DNA of 64,000 nt from Candidatus Pelagibacter sp. (GTDB taxonomy: Bacteria; Pseudomonadota; Alphaproteobacteria; Pelagibacterales; Pelagibacteraceae): the NCBI GenBank assembly GCA_045567035.1, contig JBJLDS010000010.1, forward strand, positions 17,767-81,766, read 5' to 3'. The first letter of the stretch is position 1. Each line of letters opens with the position of its first letter. Shown piece after piece: positions 29,633 through 42,079 of the stretch. The notes beneath the pieces were generated by a model that was not told the DNA's origin, did not search any database, and saw only the letters and a list, made by a program, of their open reading frames with translations. Made by a program: the position numbers and the translations under genes.

Positions 29633-32600
29633 ATGTCAAAAGAACTTAGAGTAAATAGCAAATATATTGATCAAACGACACGAATACCATTTAAATTTAA
29701 CGGAAAAACCTTTTATGGTTTCAAAGGAGATACTTTAGCGTCAGCTCTTTTGTCAAATAATGTACATCTTGTAGGAAGAAGTTTTAAATATCATAGACCC
29801 AGAGGAATTATGACATGTGGTTCAGAGGAACCTAATGCAATAGTTCAGGTTAGTAATGACCCTTCTCTAACTGAGCCAAACGTCAGAGCTACAGAAATAG
29901 AACTATATGAAGGACTAGAAGCAAATAGTCAAAATTGTTGGCCAAGTGTAAATTTTGATATTGGAGGTATTAATAATTTTCTGTCCCCTTTTCTACCAGC
30001 TGGATTTTACTATAAGACTTTTATGTGGCCTGCTAGTTTTTGGGAAAAATATGAATTCTTTATAAGACATTCTGCTGGACTAGGAAAAGCACCAACAAAA
30101 CCTGACCCAGACATATATGATCATCAATATGCACATTGTGACGTGTTAGTGATTGGCGGTGGTATATCAGGAGTAATAGCAGCCAAATTGTCTGCAGAAA
30201 AAAAATTAAATACAATATTGTTAGATGATAAAAAAGATTTAGGTGGAGTAAGTATTTATAATAATGATGATAACTTTAAAATAAATGATCAAAATGTTTC
30301 AAAGTGGCTAAGCAATGAAATTGAAAATTTAAAAAAATATCCAAACCTAAGTATAAAAACTAGAACTAGTCTAGCAGCTTTCCATGGATATAATTATCTT
30401 TTGGCTAAAGAAAATTTAACTGATCATTTAAGCGTTAATGACAGAAAAGATAAAATTAGACAAAGACTTTGGAAAATTAGAGCAAAAAAAGTAGTAATAG
30501 CAACTGGCGCTATAGAAAGACCATTAATATTTAATAACAATGATAGACCTGGTATTTTGTTAAGCTCTTCTATAAAAAAATATATTGATTACTATGGTGT
30601 TAAATGTGGAAATAAAATTTCTATATTTACCTCTAATGATAGTGCATATGAAACAGTGCTTTCTCTCTATAAAAACGGTGTAAAAGTCAATTCAATTATA
30701 GACATAAGGGATAAATCAGAATCATTAATAGTTAAAAAAGTTCAAGATATTGGTATTAAAATTTACTGGAAACATACAGTGGTTAATACAAAAGGATATA
30801 AACGTATCAACTCTATAGAATTAATGAAATTAAATGAGAAAGGAACTGGGGTAATTGGTGACAAAATTAATGAAAGTTGTGATTGTCTTGGAATATCTGG
30901 AGGATGGACACCAATGGTTCATTTATTTACGCAATCTGGTGGTAAATTAGAATTTAATAGAATAGATAATATGTTTATACCCGATGAAAACAAGAGCCCA
31001 TCAGAACAAATTAGTGTTGGATCATGTAACGGTGATCTTGAACTAGATGATATAATAAAAAAAACAAATTTAAAAACTAAAGAGTTCCTCGATATAAATA
31101 CTTCTATTTTTGATAGCCTTAAAATACAAAGTTCCAAAGAAAAAAATAAAAAAAATATTTGGCTGCTACCATCAGACAAACCGTTGGGAAAAACAAAACC
31201 ATTTCTTGATTTTCAAAATGACTCAACAGCTAAAGATGTAAAGTTAGCTCTAAGGGAAGGTTTTAAATCTATAGAACATGTAAAAAGATACACGACTACA
31301 GGTATGGGTACAGATCAAGGAAAATTATCAAATATGCATGCCCTAGGAATTATTGCAGATACAACTGGCACAAATATGGGTGAACTTGGAACAACTACTT
31401 TTAGACCTCCATTCACACCGTTAACTTTTGGTGCAATTGTTGGAAGAAATGTTGGTCAGTTTTTTGATCATACAAGATATTCTGCGATGCACAACTGGCA
31501 CGAAACAAATGGTGCTAAATTTGAAAATGTGGGACAATGGAAGAGACCTTGGTATTACCCAAAAAAATAAAGAGTCAATGCATGAAGCTGTACAGAGAGA
31601 AAGTAAAGCTGCGAGAGATAGCGCTGGTATATTGGATGCCTCAACTCTTGGAAAAATTGATATTCAAGGAACTGACGCATCTGAGTTTTTAAATAGAGTA
31701 TACACAAATGCTTGGTCAAAATTACAAATTGGGAAATGTCGATATGGATTAATGTTAAATGAGGATGGAATGGTTTATGATGATGGTGTAACTACTAGAT
31801 TAGGTGAAAATCACTATATTATGACCACAACAACCGGTGGAGCAGCAAATGTTTTAAATAAATTAGAAGACTATCTTCAAACAGAATGGCCTGAATTAGA
31901 TGTTTATTTAACAACTGTAACCGACCATTTTTCAACAATAAGTATTTGTGGACCAAATTCAAAAAAAATTGTTAACAAAATGATCCCTGATTTAGATTTG
32001 TCTGATCAAAACTTCCCTCATATGTCTTTTAAAAATTCATCAATAAATGGAGTTAGATGTAGGGTAATGAGAATTAGTTTTACTGGAGAGCATAGTTACG
32101 AAATTAACATTCAATCAAATTATGCTAAAAATGTGTGGGAAATGTCTATGGAGGCTGGTAAGGAATACAATATAACACCATATGGTACTGAAACTATGCA
32201 TTTATTAAGAGCTGAAAAAGGTTTCATTATAACTGGTCAAGACACAGATGGAACTTTAACTCCCGTAGATTTACAAATGGACTGGATAGTAAGCAAAAAG
32301 AAATATGACTTTATTGGTAAAAGGTCTTTGTATAGGAGTGATACAATAAGAGAGGATAGAAAACAATTGGTTGGTCTTATAACAGAAGACCCTAATGAAG
32401 TTTTAGAAGAAGGAGCACAAATAGTAGAAGACTTAAATAAAAAACCAATAGAAATGTTAGGACATGTTACATCAAGTTATTTTAGTCCAAATTTAAATAA
32501 ATCAATTGCTTTAGCTGTTGTAGTAAGTGGAAAGAATCTTAAAGGAAAAAAATTATTTGTACCAATGGAAAACAAAAACATTAATGTAACTATTACTGAT

Positions 32601-32642
32601 ACAGTATTTTATGATAAAGAAAATAAGAGGTTAAATGCTTAA
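29633..32642 (+). CDS. soxA: Sarcosine oxidase alpha subunit, split by an extra A in the A7 run 31561-31567 (probable sequencing error)
   Basis: GDTLASAL, RSFKYHRPRG, KRYTT.GMGTDQGK, then GcvT-like DASTLGKI and LRAEKG. Removing one A restores ..YYPKNKESM.. Confidence 0.93.
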
Positions 32643-33198
32643 TTTAGAAACATCAATACAAGAAAACAAAAGTTACAATAATCTAAGTATTTCTGAAGTT
32701 GAACCTATAATTAAAATTAATTTAAGAAGTAAAAAAAGAGAATTCTCTGCGAAAATTGGAAAAATATTATCTATAATACCACCAGTGGAATCTAACATGT
32801 CATCAATAAACGATAACTATAGTTTACTTTGGCTTAGCCCTGATGAATGGTTACTTTATTCTAATAATAAAATTAGTAATTATGAAGAACAAATCAATTT
32901 AGAAGACAAATTATTTAATCAAATTTCAAAATTAAATCAAGGTGCTGTAACTGATGTTACTGACCATTGGGTTATGATCAATTTAAATGGAAACAAAATT
33001 TATGATTTACTGTCAAAAGGATGTCCTTTTAATTTTAATGATTTTATGAGCAAAAAAGGAAGTGTTGCACAAACAATAGTAAATCATACTGATGTAATAT
33101 TGCATAATATTAATGAAGGAAATTTAAACTTATTTGTTAGAAGATCTTTTTCAAAACATTTATGGTCATGGATTAATGATAGCGCGAGATTTATATAA
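32635..33198 (+). CDS. soxG: Sarcosine oxidase gamma subunit
   Basis: LWLSPDEWL, VRRSF..HLW.W; last gene of soxBDAG. Confidence 0.92.
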   Translation: MLNLETSIQENKSYNNLSISEVEPIIKINLRSKKREFSAKIGKILSIIPPVESNMSSINDNYSLLWLSPDEWLLYSNNKISNYEEQINLEDKLFNQISKLNQGAVTDVTDHWVMINLNGNKIYDLLSKGCPFNFNDFMSKKGSVAQTIVNHTDVILHNINEGNLNLFVRRSFSKHLWSWINDSARFI

Positions 33199-34521
33199 TC
33201 GATTTGTAAGGTAGAATTTCACAATTAATAGTAAAGCAATCGATATAGTCCATTGAAATACTACCCATAGCCAGAAAAATGAGTTGTAATCTGCGCTTAA
33301 ATATCTTGCAATATAAAAGACAATAATGGGTACCGCTACATTTCTTACTATATTATTTAACATTGCATTTTCAGATTTTTTCAGAGCCATAAAAAAACCA
33401 TTAGATAAAAAGAAAAATGGATAAGCTGGTAATACAAAGGCAGAAATTTTTAGATATCTACTACTATAATCAATAACTTGTGTATCGTTTGAGAATAATA
33501 AAGGAACAAGATCAGCAGTTATATAAATAATAAAACCAGATATTAACATTATGTAAAATGAATATCTCAAGGCAACATGATAAGTTTCAATTATTCTATC
33601 AAAATTCTTAGCTCCATAATTTTGAGATATAATTGATATTAATGCAGTATTAATTCCTAATATTGGAAGTAGTACTACTTGCTCAATACGTGTAGCTGCA
33701 CCATATCCTGCTGTCGCATATTCCCCAAAAGAACCAACGTATGTAAAAATTATTGCCGCAGCAATTGAATAACCGCAAATAGCTATCGAAATAGGCATAG
33801 ATTGAAAAAAAATATTTTTAAGATAAAAAAATTTTGGACGAAAATATTTGAATGTAATTTGCTTTATCATAGGATTTTTAAGTACCTTATATAAAATAAT
33901 AAGTAATGAAATTAATTGACATATAATTGTAGCGTAACCTATGCCCGCAACTCCTAATGCCGGGATAAATAAAAAACCAAAAATCAACAATGGATTTAAA
34001 ATAATATTTAGTAAAAAAGATAAAACTAATACATTTCTATAAGTCTTAGTATCTCCTTGAGCATGTAGAAGTGAATTTAACGCTACAACTAAAATAAAGA
34101 TTAATGATCCCGCATATATGATATTTGTATACTGAAGACCATAATTGACAACTTCTTGACTGGACTTCATTAATACAAATATTTTTTCAGCTAAAGATAA
34201 ACCTAATATAGATATTATGATTGATATTACAAAACTATATATTATTAAATTTGCAAAGTAGTAAAGTATATTCTTTTTATTATTCTCACCAATGCTGTTT
34301 CCTATTAGAGCTGTCCCCGCAACCGTAACTCCTATCGACGTAGCAATAATTACAAAATATATTGGAAATGATTTACTTAAAGCTGAAAGAGCTTCAGGTG
34401 ATATTTTTCCAGCAAAATAAGTATCAACAATATTATAAAGTGTTTGAAACAAAGTTCCAATACTTGCTGGTATTGCTAAACTTCTCAATAATTTAGGTAT
34501 ATTATCTTTTAATAAATTCAT
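33166..34521 (-). CDS. MATE family efflux transporter
   Basis: LYNIVDTYF, LNIILNPLLIFG, GVAGIGYAT, QNYGAK; about 12 TM segments. Confidence 0.93.
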   Translation of the reverse strand: MNLLKDNIPKLLRSLAIPASIGTLFQTLYNIVDTYFAGKISPEALSALSKSFPIYFVIIATSIGVTVAGTALIGNSIGENNKKNILYYFANLIIYSFVISIIISILGLSLAEKIFVLMKSSQEVVNYGLQYTNIIYAGSLIFILVVALNSLLHAQGDTKTYRNVLVLSFLLNIILNPLLIFGFLFIPALGVAGIGYATIICQLISLLIILYKVLKNPMIKQITFKYFRPKFFYLKNIFFQSMPISIAICGYSIAAAIIFTYVGSFGEYATAGYGAATRIEQVVLLPILGINTALISIISQNYGAKNFDRIIETYHVALRYSFYIMLISGFIIYITADLVPLLFSNDTQVIDYSSRYLKISAFVLPAYPFFFLSNGFFMALKKSENAMLNNIVRNVAVPIIVFYIARYLSADYNSFFWLWVVFQWTISIALLLIVKFYLTNRLYKSRAIINP

Positions 34522-34530
34522 TCTTAATAA

Positions 34531-35439
34531 TTAATATTCTTTTTTGAAGATATGTCTCTTACCTAATCTTTTTGCAACATTAATCTGTTTTTGTCTCATT
34601 CTGAATCTTTCTTTTTGTGAAGAACTTAGATTAGCGTGACATTTTGGACATGATACACCCTCCTCGTAATATTTTGATTTAGTTTCCTTTTTTGAAATCG
34701 GAGTTCTGCATCCACTACAAACTAAATATGTACCTTTAGATAATCCATGTTTTAAACTAACTCTATTATCGAAAACAAAACACTCACCTTTCCATAAACT
34801 ATCTTTTTTATCAATTTTTTTAAGATAATTTAAGATACCACCATTTAATTGATATATATTTTCAAAACCTTTTCTTTTCAAATATGCTGAAGTTTTTTCA
34901 CATCGTATTCCACCAGTACAAAACATTGCTACAGGTCTATTTTTTTCAAGTTTATTTAAATATTTTGGAAAATCTCTAAAATTATTAATATTTGGATTTA
35001 CTGACTTCTTAAATGTTCCAACATTATACTCAAATGGTTTCCTGGTATCAATTACATGTGTATCTTTATTTTTTATGAGATTGTTCCATTCCTTTGGGTT
35101 TAAATGCATTTCTGTAGATCTTTCTTTTGAATTTAAAATTAAATTCATTGGAACTGTTTCTTTCTTAATTTTTACCTTAGGTTTATGAAATGGCTGAAGT
35201 TTTGATTTAGAATCATTACTATTATCAAAGTATTTAAATGAAAATAAGGATTTTAGTTTTTTAATTGTTTTTTCAATATTTTTTTTGCTGCCTGATATGG
35301 TTCCATTTAATCCTTCCTTGGCTATTATTATAGTGCCCCTTAAATCATTTACTAAAAGAAATTTTTGTAAAATATCTTTATTCTTTTTTAAAGATTTAAT
35401 TTTAACAAATTTATAAAAGCCAAAAACTTTAAACGTCAT
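34531..35439 (-). CDS. trhO: tRNA uridine(34) hydroxylase TrhO (UPF0176 rhodanese)
   Basis: FYKF, EGLNGTISG, FCTGGIRCEK, GGILNY, CFVFDNR, C-terminal CxxC..CxxC. Confidence 0.92.
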   Translation of the reverse strand: MTFKVFGFYKFVKIKSLKKNKDILQKFLLVNDLRGTIIIAKEGLNGTISGSKKNIEKTIKKLKSLFSFKYFDNSNDSKSKLQPFHKPKVKIKKETVPMNLILNSKERSTEMHLNPKEWNNLIKNKDTHVIDTRKPFEYNVGTFKKSVNPNINNFRDFPKYLNKLEKNRPVAMFCTGGIRCEKTSAYLKRKGFENIYQLNGGILNYLKKIDKKDSLWKGECFVFDNRVSLKHGLSKGTYLVCSGCRTPISKKETKSKYYEEGVSCPKCHANLSSSQKERFRMRQKQINVAKRLGKRHIFKKEY

Positions 35440-36086
35440 AAAACTCTGCATACAGTCATACCATCACCTAATGGGATGATGACTTGTTCTACTCTTTTAT
35501 CCTCACATACAAATTTATTAAACTCTCTAATATTAATTGTGTATTTATCACTATATTTTACATCTGCCACCTCACCATGCCACAAAACATTATCAATAAT
35601 GATTAATCCACCTTGATTAATTAACCCCAAAGATTTTTCATAATATTTTTTATAGTTCATTTTATCAGCATCAATAAAAACCATATCAAACTTTTGATTT
35701 TTTATATCATTCAAGGATTCAGATGCAGGTTTTATTATTGTTGTTATTTTATGATTCTGATTAGCTTTTTTGAAAAAATTTTGCGCTATTTTGCTTGTCT
35801 CTTCATTTTTATCAAGTACAACCAGTTTTCCATCTTCTGGTAAGGCAAGTGAAATAGAAAGTGCGCTAAGCCCAGTAAATGTTCCAATTTCAAGTACATT
35901 TTTAATATTTGAAATTTTAATTATCAAATGTAGAAAATGGCATTGGGTAGGATCAATTTGCATCCTTTTAATATCACCAAGTGTTTTATTGTAATCAATT
36001 ATTTCTTGTTGGACTGGATTTAACTTTAAACCAAATTTATTGATATAATTTTGTAATTTATCTGTTATATCAAGGTTTGCACCCAT
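35436..36086 (-). CDS. SAM-dependent O-methyltransferase (Methyltransf_3; CCoAOMT/TrmR family)
   Basis: VLEIGTFTGLS, FIDADK, IIDNVLWHG. Confidence 0.9.
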   Translation of the reverse strand: MGANLDITDKLQNYINKFGLKLNPVQQEIIDYNKTLGDIKRMQIDPTQCHFLHLIIKISNIKNVLEIGTFTGLSALSISLALPEDGKLVVLDKNEETSKIAQNFFKKANQNHKITTIIKPASESLNDIKNQKFDMVFIDADKMNYKKYYEKSLGLINQGGLIIIDNVLWHGEVADVKYSDKYTINIREFNKFVCEDKRVEQVIIPLGDGMTVCRVL

Positions 36087-36090
36087 GTAA

Positions 36091-37578
36091 TTAAAGTTTT
36101 TTCTTCAATAACTCGTTTATTAATTGAGGATTAGCTTTACCACCAGAAGCTTTCATTGCTTGCCCAACAAAGAAACCAAATAATTTTTCTTTACCTTGTT
36201 TGTATTCAATCGCCTTTTCTCTATTATCATTAATTATTTTATCTATTAATGCCTCTAGAGCTTTTGGGTCACTTTGTTGCTTTAATCCTTTTTCTTCAAC
36301 AATTTGTTGTGGATCTTTATCTCCATCTAGCATTAATTCAAATATAGTTTTTGCAATTTTTCCTGAAATTGTTCCATTCTTAATTAAATTCACTAATATT
36401 GCTAAATTCTTTGCACTAATTGGACTTTGAGAAATTTCTAGATTTTTATTATTCAAGACAGCAAATAATTCACCCGTAATCCAGTTAACTGCCAGTTTTA
36501 TATCTTTATTTTTTCCCATTTTAGATACAACATTTTCAAAATATCTTGCTGTATCTATATCGGAGACTAAAATAGTAGCTTCATAAGGTGATAGTTTAAA
36601 CTCTTCAATAAATCTTTTCTTTTTGTCATCTGGTAGTTCAGGAATATCATTTTTAATTTTACTAATGAATTGATCAGAAATTTCTAATGGCAATAAATCA
36701 GGATCTGGAAAATATCTATAATCGTGAGCATCTTCTTTTGATCGCATAGATCTTGTTTCATTTTTTTTGGTATCAAATAATCTTGTTTCTTGATCAATCG
36801 ATTTACCTTCTTCTATTAAATCAACTTGTCTATTAGCTTCGTAATCAATAGCCATTTGCATAAATTTAATTGAATTTACATTTTTTATTTCACATCTTGT
36901 GCCTAAATTTTTTGAATCTTTTAATCTAACTGATACATTGACATCAGCTCTTAATGATCCTTCTTGCATGTTACCGTCACATGTACCTAAATATCTCATA
37001 ATTGATCTTAATTTTTTTATATATGCACTTACTTCATCAGGGGATCTAAGATCTGGTTTGCTCACGATTTCCATTAATGCTACTCCAGATCTATTTAAAT
37101 CAACGAATGTATTTTTTGGGTCAATATCATGGATGCTTTTTCCTGCATCTTGTTCTAAATGCAGTCTTTCAATGCCAACTTCTTTTTGACCATCAGGCAT
37201 ATCTAAGATTACCTTACCTTCGCCTACAATTGGGTCCTTAAATTGAGAAATTTGATACCCTTGAGGTAAATCAGCATAAAAATAGTTTTTTCTATCAAAA
37301 ACTGATCGATTATTAATTTTAGCATTTAGACCTATCCCTGTTTTAATTGCTTGTTTTACACAAAATTCATTTATTACAGGTAACATTCCAGGAAATGCAG
37401 CATCAACTAAACTTACTTGAGTATTAGGTTCGGCACCAAATTTAGTTGCAGATGTTGAAAATAACTTTGACTCTGAAGTTACTTGTGCATGAACTTCTAA
37501 CCCAATTATAACTTCATACTGATTATCTTTTCTGCTAATTAGATAGTCGGATTTACTTTTGCTCACTTGATCCACCAA
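36091..37578 (-). CDS. gatB: Asp/Glu-tRNA amidotransferase subunit B
   Basis: [35 protein letters not shown]. Confidence 0.98.
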   Translation of the reverse strand: MVDQVSKSKSDYLISRKDNQYEVIIGLEVHAQVTSESKLFSTSATKFGAEPNTQVSLVDAAFPGMLPVINEFCVKQAIKTGIGLNAKINNRSVFDRKNYFYADLPQGYQISQFKDPIVGEGKVILDMPDGQKEVGIERLHLEQDAGKSIHDIDPKNTFVDLNRSGVALMEIVSKPDLRSPDEVSAYIKKLRSIMRYLGTCDGNMQEGSLRADVNVSVRLKDSKNLGTRCEIKNVNSIKFMQMAIDYEANRQVDLIEEGKSIDQETRLFDTKKNETRSMRSKEDAHDYRYFPDPDLLPLEISDQFISKIKNDIPELPDDKKKRFIEEFKLSPYEATILVSDIDTARYFENVVSKMGKNKDIKLAVNWITGELFAVLNNKNLEISQSPISAKNLAILVNLIKNGTISGKIAKTIFELMLDGDKDPQQIVEEKGLKQQSDPKALEALIDKIINDNREKAIEYKQGKEKLFGFFVGQAMKASGGKANPQLINELLKKKL

Positions 37579-39020
37579 TCATTGATCTTATTTTTAAAGT
37601 TAATCTTTTCCTCCATAGCATAGGCAATATTTAATATATTCTGTTCATCAAAAGCTTTGCCAATTATTTGTAAACCTAGTGGATATCCTTTTGCATCATG
37701 ACCTGCTGGAATAGAAATTCCTGGTAAACCAGCTAAATTAACTGGGACAGTAAAGATATCATTTAAATACATTGAAACTGGATCATCTTTCTTCTCACCA
37801 TTTTTAAATGCTGAGCTAGGTGTTGAAGGAGTTAGTATTGCATCAACTTTCTTGTATGCTTCATCAAAATCATTTTTTATAAGTTTTCTAACTTTTTGAG
37901 CCTTAAGATAATAAGCATCATAATAGCCTGATGATAAAACATAAGTTCCAATCATAATTCTTCTTTGAACTTCGGCACCAAAACCTTCTGATCTTGTTTT
38001 TTCATACATATCAATAAGGTTTTCTCCTTTGGCTCTAAATCCATATTTTACACCATCATATCTGGCTAAATTAGAAGAGGCTTCTGCTGGTGCAACTATA
38101 TAATAAGTTGGTAAGGCATAACTTGTATGAGGTAGTGAAATATCAATTATTTCTGCTCCACAATCTTTCATGTATTCAATCCCTTTTTGCCATAATTGCT
38201 CTATTTCATCTGGCATACCATCAACTCTATACTCTTTAGGTATTCCAATTTTTTTACCCTTAATTTTATTTGTTAATTCACTACTATAATTATTTCTTTT
38301 AAAATCAATTGAAGTAGAGTCTTTTGGATCATAGGTGCTAATCACTTCTTGAAGTAATGCACAATCTTTAACATTCTGTGCCATTGGACCTGCTTGATCT
38401 AAAGATGATGCAAAAGCAACTATTCCATATCTTGAACAACTACCATATGTAGGTTTTAGACCAACTGTGCCGGTAAATGAAGCTGGTTGTCTAATAGATC
38501 CACCAGTATCGGTGCCAATAGTTATTGGTGTTAATTGACCAGCTAACGCAGATGCTGATCCACCTGAAGATCCACCTGGAACTAAGTTTTTATCAATTGG
38601 GTTATGAACATTACCAAAAAAACTAGTTTCATTAGAAGATCCCATAGCAAACTCATCACAATTTAATTTACCTAGAAGTATAGCTCCTTCATCCCAAATA
38701 TTTTGTGTAACAGTAGACTCATATGTTGGAACAAAATTATCTAAAATTTTACTTCCTGCAGTTGTAAGAACGTCTTTTGTACAAAATAAATCTTTTACTG
38801 CCATTGGTATACCGGGTAACTTTAAATCTAAATTTGGTTTTTGATCAAATTTTTTAGCTTTTTCCAATGCTGATGAATAATCTTCTGTAATGTAAGCATT
38901 TAACTCTTTTGATTTTTCAGATCTATTAATAAATGCATTTGTAACTTCCTCTGAGGATAATTTTTTATCCTTAATATTTTTGACCAATTCAGAAAGTGAT
39001 TGATTTGTAATATTGGACAT
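37563..39020 (-). CDS. gatA: Asp/Glu-tRNA amidotransferase subunit A
   Basis: [30 protein letters not shown]. Confidence 0.98.
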   Translation of the reverse strand: MSNITNQSLSELVKNIKDKKLSSEEVTNAFINRSEKSKELNAYITEDYSSALEKAKKFDQKPNLDLKLPGIPMAVKDLFCTKDVLTTAGSKILDNFVPTYESTVTQNIWDEGAILLGKLNCDEFAMGSSNETSFFGNVHNPIDKNLVPGGSSGGSASALAGQLTPITIGTDTGGSIRQPASFTGTVGLKPTYGSCSRYGIVAFASSLDQAGPMAQNVKDCALLQEVISTYDPKDSTSIDFKRNNYSSELTNKIKGKKIGIPKEYRVDGMPDEIEQLWQKGIEYMKDCGAEIIDISLPHTSYALPTYYIVAPAEASSNLARYDGVKYGFRAKGENLIDMYEKTRSEGFGAEVQRRIMIGTYVLSSGYYDAYYLKAQKVRKLIKNDFDEAYKKVDAILTPSTPSSAFKNGEKKDDPVSMYLNDIFTVPVNLAGLPGISIPAGHDAKGYPLGLQIIGKAFDEQNILNIAYAMEEKINFKNKINDWWIK

Positions 39021-39307
39021 TATTCTATTACCTTTGGAACAACAAAATAATCTTCATTATCTTGAGGTGAGTTTTTAATTATTTGTTCTCTAATATCTTT
39101 ACTTTTAACCTTGTCAGTTCTTAATTTAAGTGTGGTTTCAGCCACTGAAGTTAGAGGTTCTACATTATCGGTCTTAAGTTCATTAAGTTTTTCTATAAAA
39201 TCAAAAATTGAGTTTAAATCTTTAGCTAATTTATGAGCTTTTTCTTCATCTACTGAAATTCTTGATAATTTTGATATGTGTTTTATAGTTTTAAGATCAA
39301 TAGTCAT
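39020..39307 (-). CDS. gatC: Asp/Glu-tRNA amidotransferase subunit C
   Basis: [20 protein letters not shown]. Confidence 0.96.
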   Translation of the reverse strand: MTIDLKTIKHISKLSRISVDEEKAHKLAKDLNSIFDFIEKLNELKTDNVEPLTSVAETTLKLRTDKVKSKDIREQIIKNSPQDNEDYFVVPKVIE

Positions 39308-39356
39308 ATGATAATTAAGTTATTGCAAACTATCACTTTAGTTTAAAATATACAAT

Positions 39357-39812
39357 ATGATCACAATTGAAAATCTTAAGAAAAAATTGAGTAGAAAAGT
39401 AAGATTACTAGGTTTAGACATGGGTTCTAAAAGAATTGGTGTATCAATTTGTGATGAATATCAATCAATAGCTACGCCCTTTAAAACAATAAATAAAATA
39501 AATTTAAATCAATTAATTGATGAAATAAAAATAATAGTCAAAGAAAATGATATTAAGGGAATAATAATAGGAAATCCAATAAATATGGATGGTTCAGAAG
39601 GCCCATCATCACAATCAATAAAAGATACATGTAGAATTATTTCAGAAAATTTAGATTTACCAATCAGCCTCTGGGATGAAAGGTTGTCAACCGTAGGGGC
39701 GTTTAATCTTTCTAGTCAATTAGATGTAAATATCTCAAAAAGAGTTAAAAACATTGATCAAAATGCAGCAACTTTCATCCTACAAGGTGCAATTGATTAT
39801 TTAAATAATTAA
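39357..39812 (+). CDS. ruvX: YqgF/RuvX family nuclease
   Basis: LGLDMGSKRIGVS, WDERLST, ID..AA.FILQ. Confidence 0.94.
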   Translation: MITIENLKKKLSRKVRLLGLDMGSKRIGVSICDEYQSIATPFKTINKINLNQLIDEIKIIVKENDIKGIIIGNPINMDGSEGPSSQSIKDTCRIISENLDLPISLWDERLSTVGAFNLSSQLDVNISKRVKNIDQNAATFILQGAIDYLNN

Positions 39813-39854
39813 TACTTGATATAATTATACTTTATAGCTATAGAGTTAATTTTA

Positions 39855-40796
39855 ATGGCAATCAAATCAAATAAAGCTGTTAAAATTTCTCAAAAACATT
39901 TGCTCGGAATTCAAGATTTGTCTATTACAGATGTTAACTTAATTCTTAATGAAGCAAAACAATTTATAGAGCTTAACAAAAGTAAAAAGAAAAAATTAGA
40001 CATATTAAGAGGTAAGACACAAATTAATTTATTTTTCGAACCCTCTACAAGAACACAGAGTTCATTTGAACTTGCGGGAAAAAGGCTTGGCGCGGATGTT
40101 ATGTCAATGAATATAGTAAATTCAGCGATTAAAAAAGGAGAAACATTAATTGATACAGCGATGACGTTAAATGCGATGCACCCAGATTTAATTGTAATAA
40201 GACATCAGGACTCAGGTGCTTGTAATTTGCTATCACAGAAAGTTAATTGTTCTGTTATCAATGCTGGTGATGGAAGAAGAGAACATCCTACTCAAGCATT
40301 GCTAGATGCTCTAACAATTATAGATAGGAAAAAAAAAATACAAGGTCTTAAAATTGCTATATGTGGTGACATTCTTCATTCAAGAGTTGCTAGATCAAAT
40401 ATATATTTATTAAATATGTTGGGAGCAGAAGTAAATATAATTGCGCCATCAAATCTAACTCCGAATGGAATAGAGAGTTTTGGTGTTAATAAATTTACAG
40501 ATATGAAAAAAGGTTTAAAAGATTGTGATATTGTTATGATGTTAAGATTACAAAATGAAAGAATGACAAGTTCATATCTTTCTTCAAATAGAGAATATTA
40601 CGAATATTATGGATTAACCCAAGATAAACTAAACTTTGCTAAAGAAGATGCTTTGATAATGCACCCAGGACCAATGAACCGTGGTGTAGAAATTGATACT
40701 AATTTAGCTGACGATATAAATAAAAGCGTAATACAAGAACAAGTAGAATTAGGCGTAGCCGTTAGAATGGCATGTCTAAAAATTTTTTGCGAATGA
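39855..40796 (+). CDS. pyrB: Aspartate carbamoyltransferase catalytic subunit
   Basis: [33 protein letters not shown]. Confidence 0.98.
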   Translation: MAIKSNKAVKISQKHLLGIQDLSITDVNLILNEAKQFIELNKSKKKKLDILRGKTQINLFFEPSTRTQSSFELAGKRLGADVMSMNIVNSAIKKGETLIDTAMTLNAMHPDLIVIRHQDSGACNLLSQKVNCSVINAGDGRREHPTQALLDALTIIDRKKKIQGLKIAICGDILHSRVARSNIYLLNMLGAEVNIIAPSNLTPNGIESFGVNKFTDMKKGLKDCDIVMMLRLQNERMTSSYLSSNREYYEYYGLTQDKLNFAKEDALIMHPGPMNRGVEIDTNLADDINKSVIQEQVELGVAVRMACLKIFCE

Positions 40797-42079
40797 AAAA
40801 ACAATATTTTTTAAATGCTGACATTGTAGATCCTAAAAATAATATTAATGAAAATGGTGGATTAATAATTGATGAAAAAGGTAAAATTGAAGCAATTGGA
40901 AAAAAAGTTAATAAAAATAATATCCCCTCTCGAGAAAAAATAACAGATCTCAAGGGTAAACATATATTTCCTGGCATAGTTGATATGAGAGTTTTTGTTG
41001 GAGAGCCCGGTTATGAATATAAGGAAAATTTTAGAACATTAAGTAATGCAGCATTATCTGGTGGTGTTACATCAGTTGTAACTATGCCAAACACTGATCC
41101 TGTAATTGATAATGTATCAATTGTTGATTTTCTAAAGAGAAGAGGCAGAGATAAGTCAAAAATTAATATTTTTCCTTCTGCTTCACTAACAAAAAATCTT
41201 GAAGGAAAAATTATGACAGAGTTTGGATTGTTACAAAGAAAAGGAATTATTGCTTTTACAGATGGTCTGAAAACGATACAAAATTCACTACTCATGTCTA
41301 GAATTATGAGATCTGCTGGAGATTTAGATGCATTAATTATGCAACATGCTGAGGATTACAACCTTTCAAAGAATGGTATAGTGAATAATAGTATTGTTGC
41401 TACAAAACTTGGTCTACCAGGAATACCAGATATATCAGAAAAAATTATAATTGAAAGAGATCTCACATTGCTAAATGAGTATTCATGTAGATATCACATT
41501 TCACAAATATCTTCTAGAAAATCAATTGAAGTAATTGAACGGAATAGACAAGAACTTAATTTTACTGCTGGTGTTTCAATTAATAATCTTTCACTTAACG
41601 AAAATGATATTGGTGATTTTAGAACATTTTTAAAGCTATCACCTCCTTTAAGATCAGAACAAGATAGAGTTGAAATAGTAAATGCACTTAAAAAAGGATA
41701 CATTGATGTGATAGTTTCTGATCACAAACCAGAAGATCAAGAACAAAAAAGACTTACATTTAATCAGGCCGCCACAGGAGCCTCGGGTATTGAAACATTA
41801 TTAGCAACTTCGCTTGAGCTTTATCATAATCAGAGCCTTAAACTAGATACAATAATTGCTGCTTTAACTTCAAATCCAGCCAAAATATTAAAGATTAATA
41901 AAGGCAATCTAAGTATTGGTGAGGATGCAGATTTTAGTATTGTTGATATCAACAAACCTTGGGTAGTTAAAAAAGAAAAAATTGTATCAAAGTCTAAAAA
42001 TACATCATTAGATGAAAAAAAACTTCAAGGAAAAGTTTTAAATACCTTTATTAAAGGTGAGGAACTTTTTAAATTATGA
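40793..42079 (+). CDS. pyrC: Dihydroorotase-family protein, probably the inactive PyrC' type
   Basis: [14 protein letters not shown] (HxH lost), MPNTDP, PPLR, SDHKP; ATGA overlap with pyrB. Confidence 0.9.
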   Translation: MKKQYFLNADIVDPKNNINENGGLIIDEKGKIEAIGKKVNKNNIPSREKITDLKGKHIFPGIVDMRVFVGEPGYEYKENFRTLSNAALSGGVTSVVTMPNTDPVIDNVSIVDFLKRRGRDKSKINIFPSASLTKNLEGKIMTEFGLLQRKGIIAFTDGLKTIQNSLLMSRIMRSAGDLDALIMQHAEDYNLSKNGIVNNSIVATKLGLPGIPDISEKIIIERDLTLLNEYSCRYHISQISSRKSIEVIERNRQELNFTAGVSINNLSLNENDIGDFRTFLKLSPPLRSEQDRVEIVNALKKGYIDVIVSDHKPEDQEQKRLTFNQAATGASGIETLLATSLELYHNQSLKLDTIIAALTSNPAKILKINKGNLSIGEDADFSIVDINKPWVVKKEKIVSKSKNTSLDEKKLQGKVLNTFIKGEELFKL

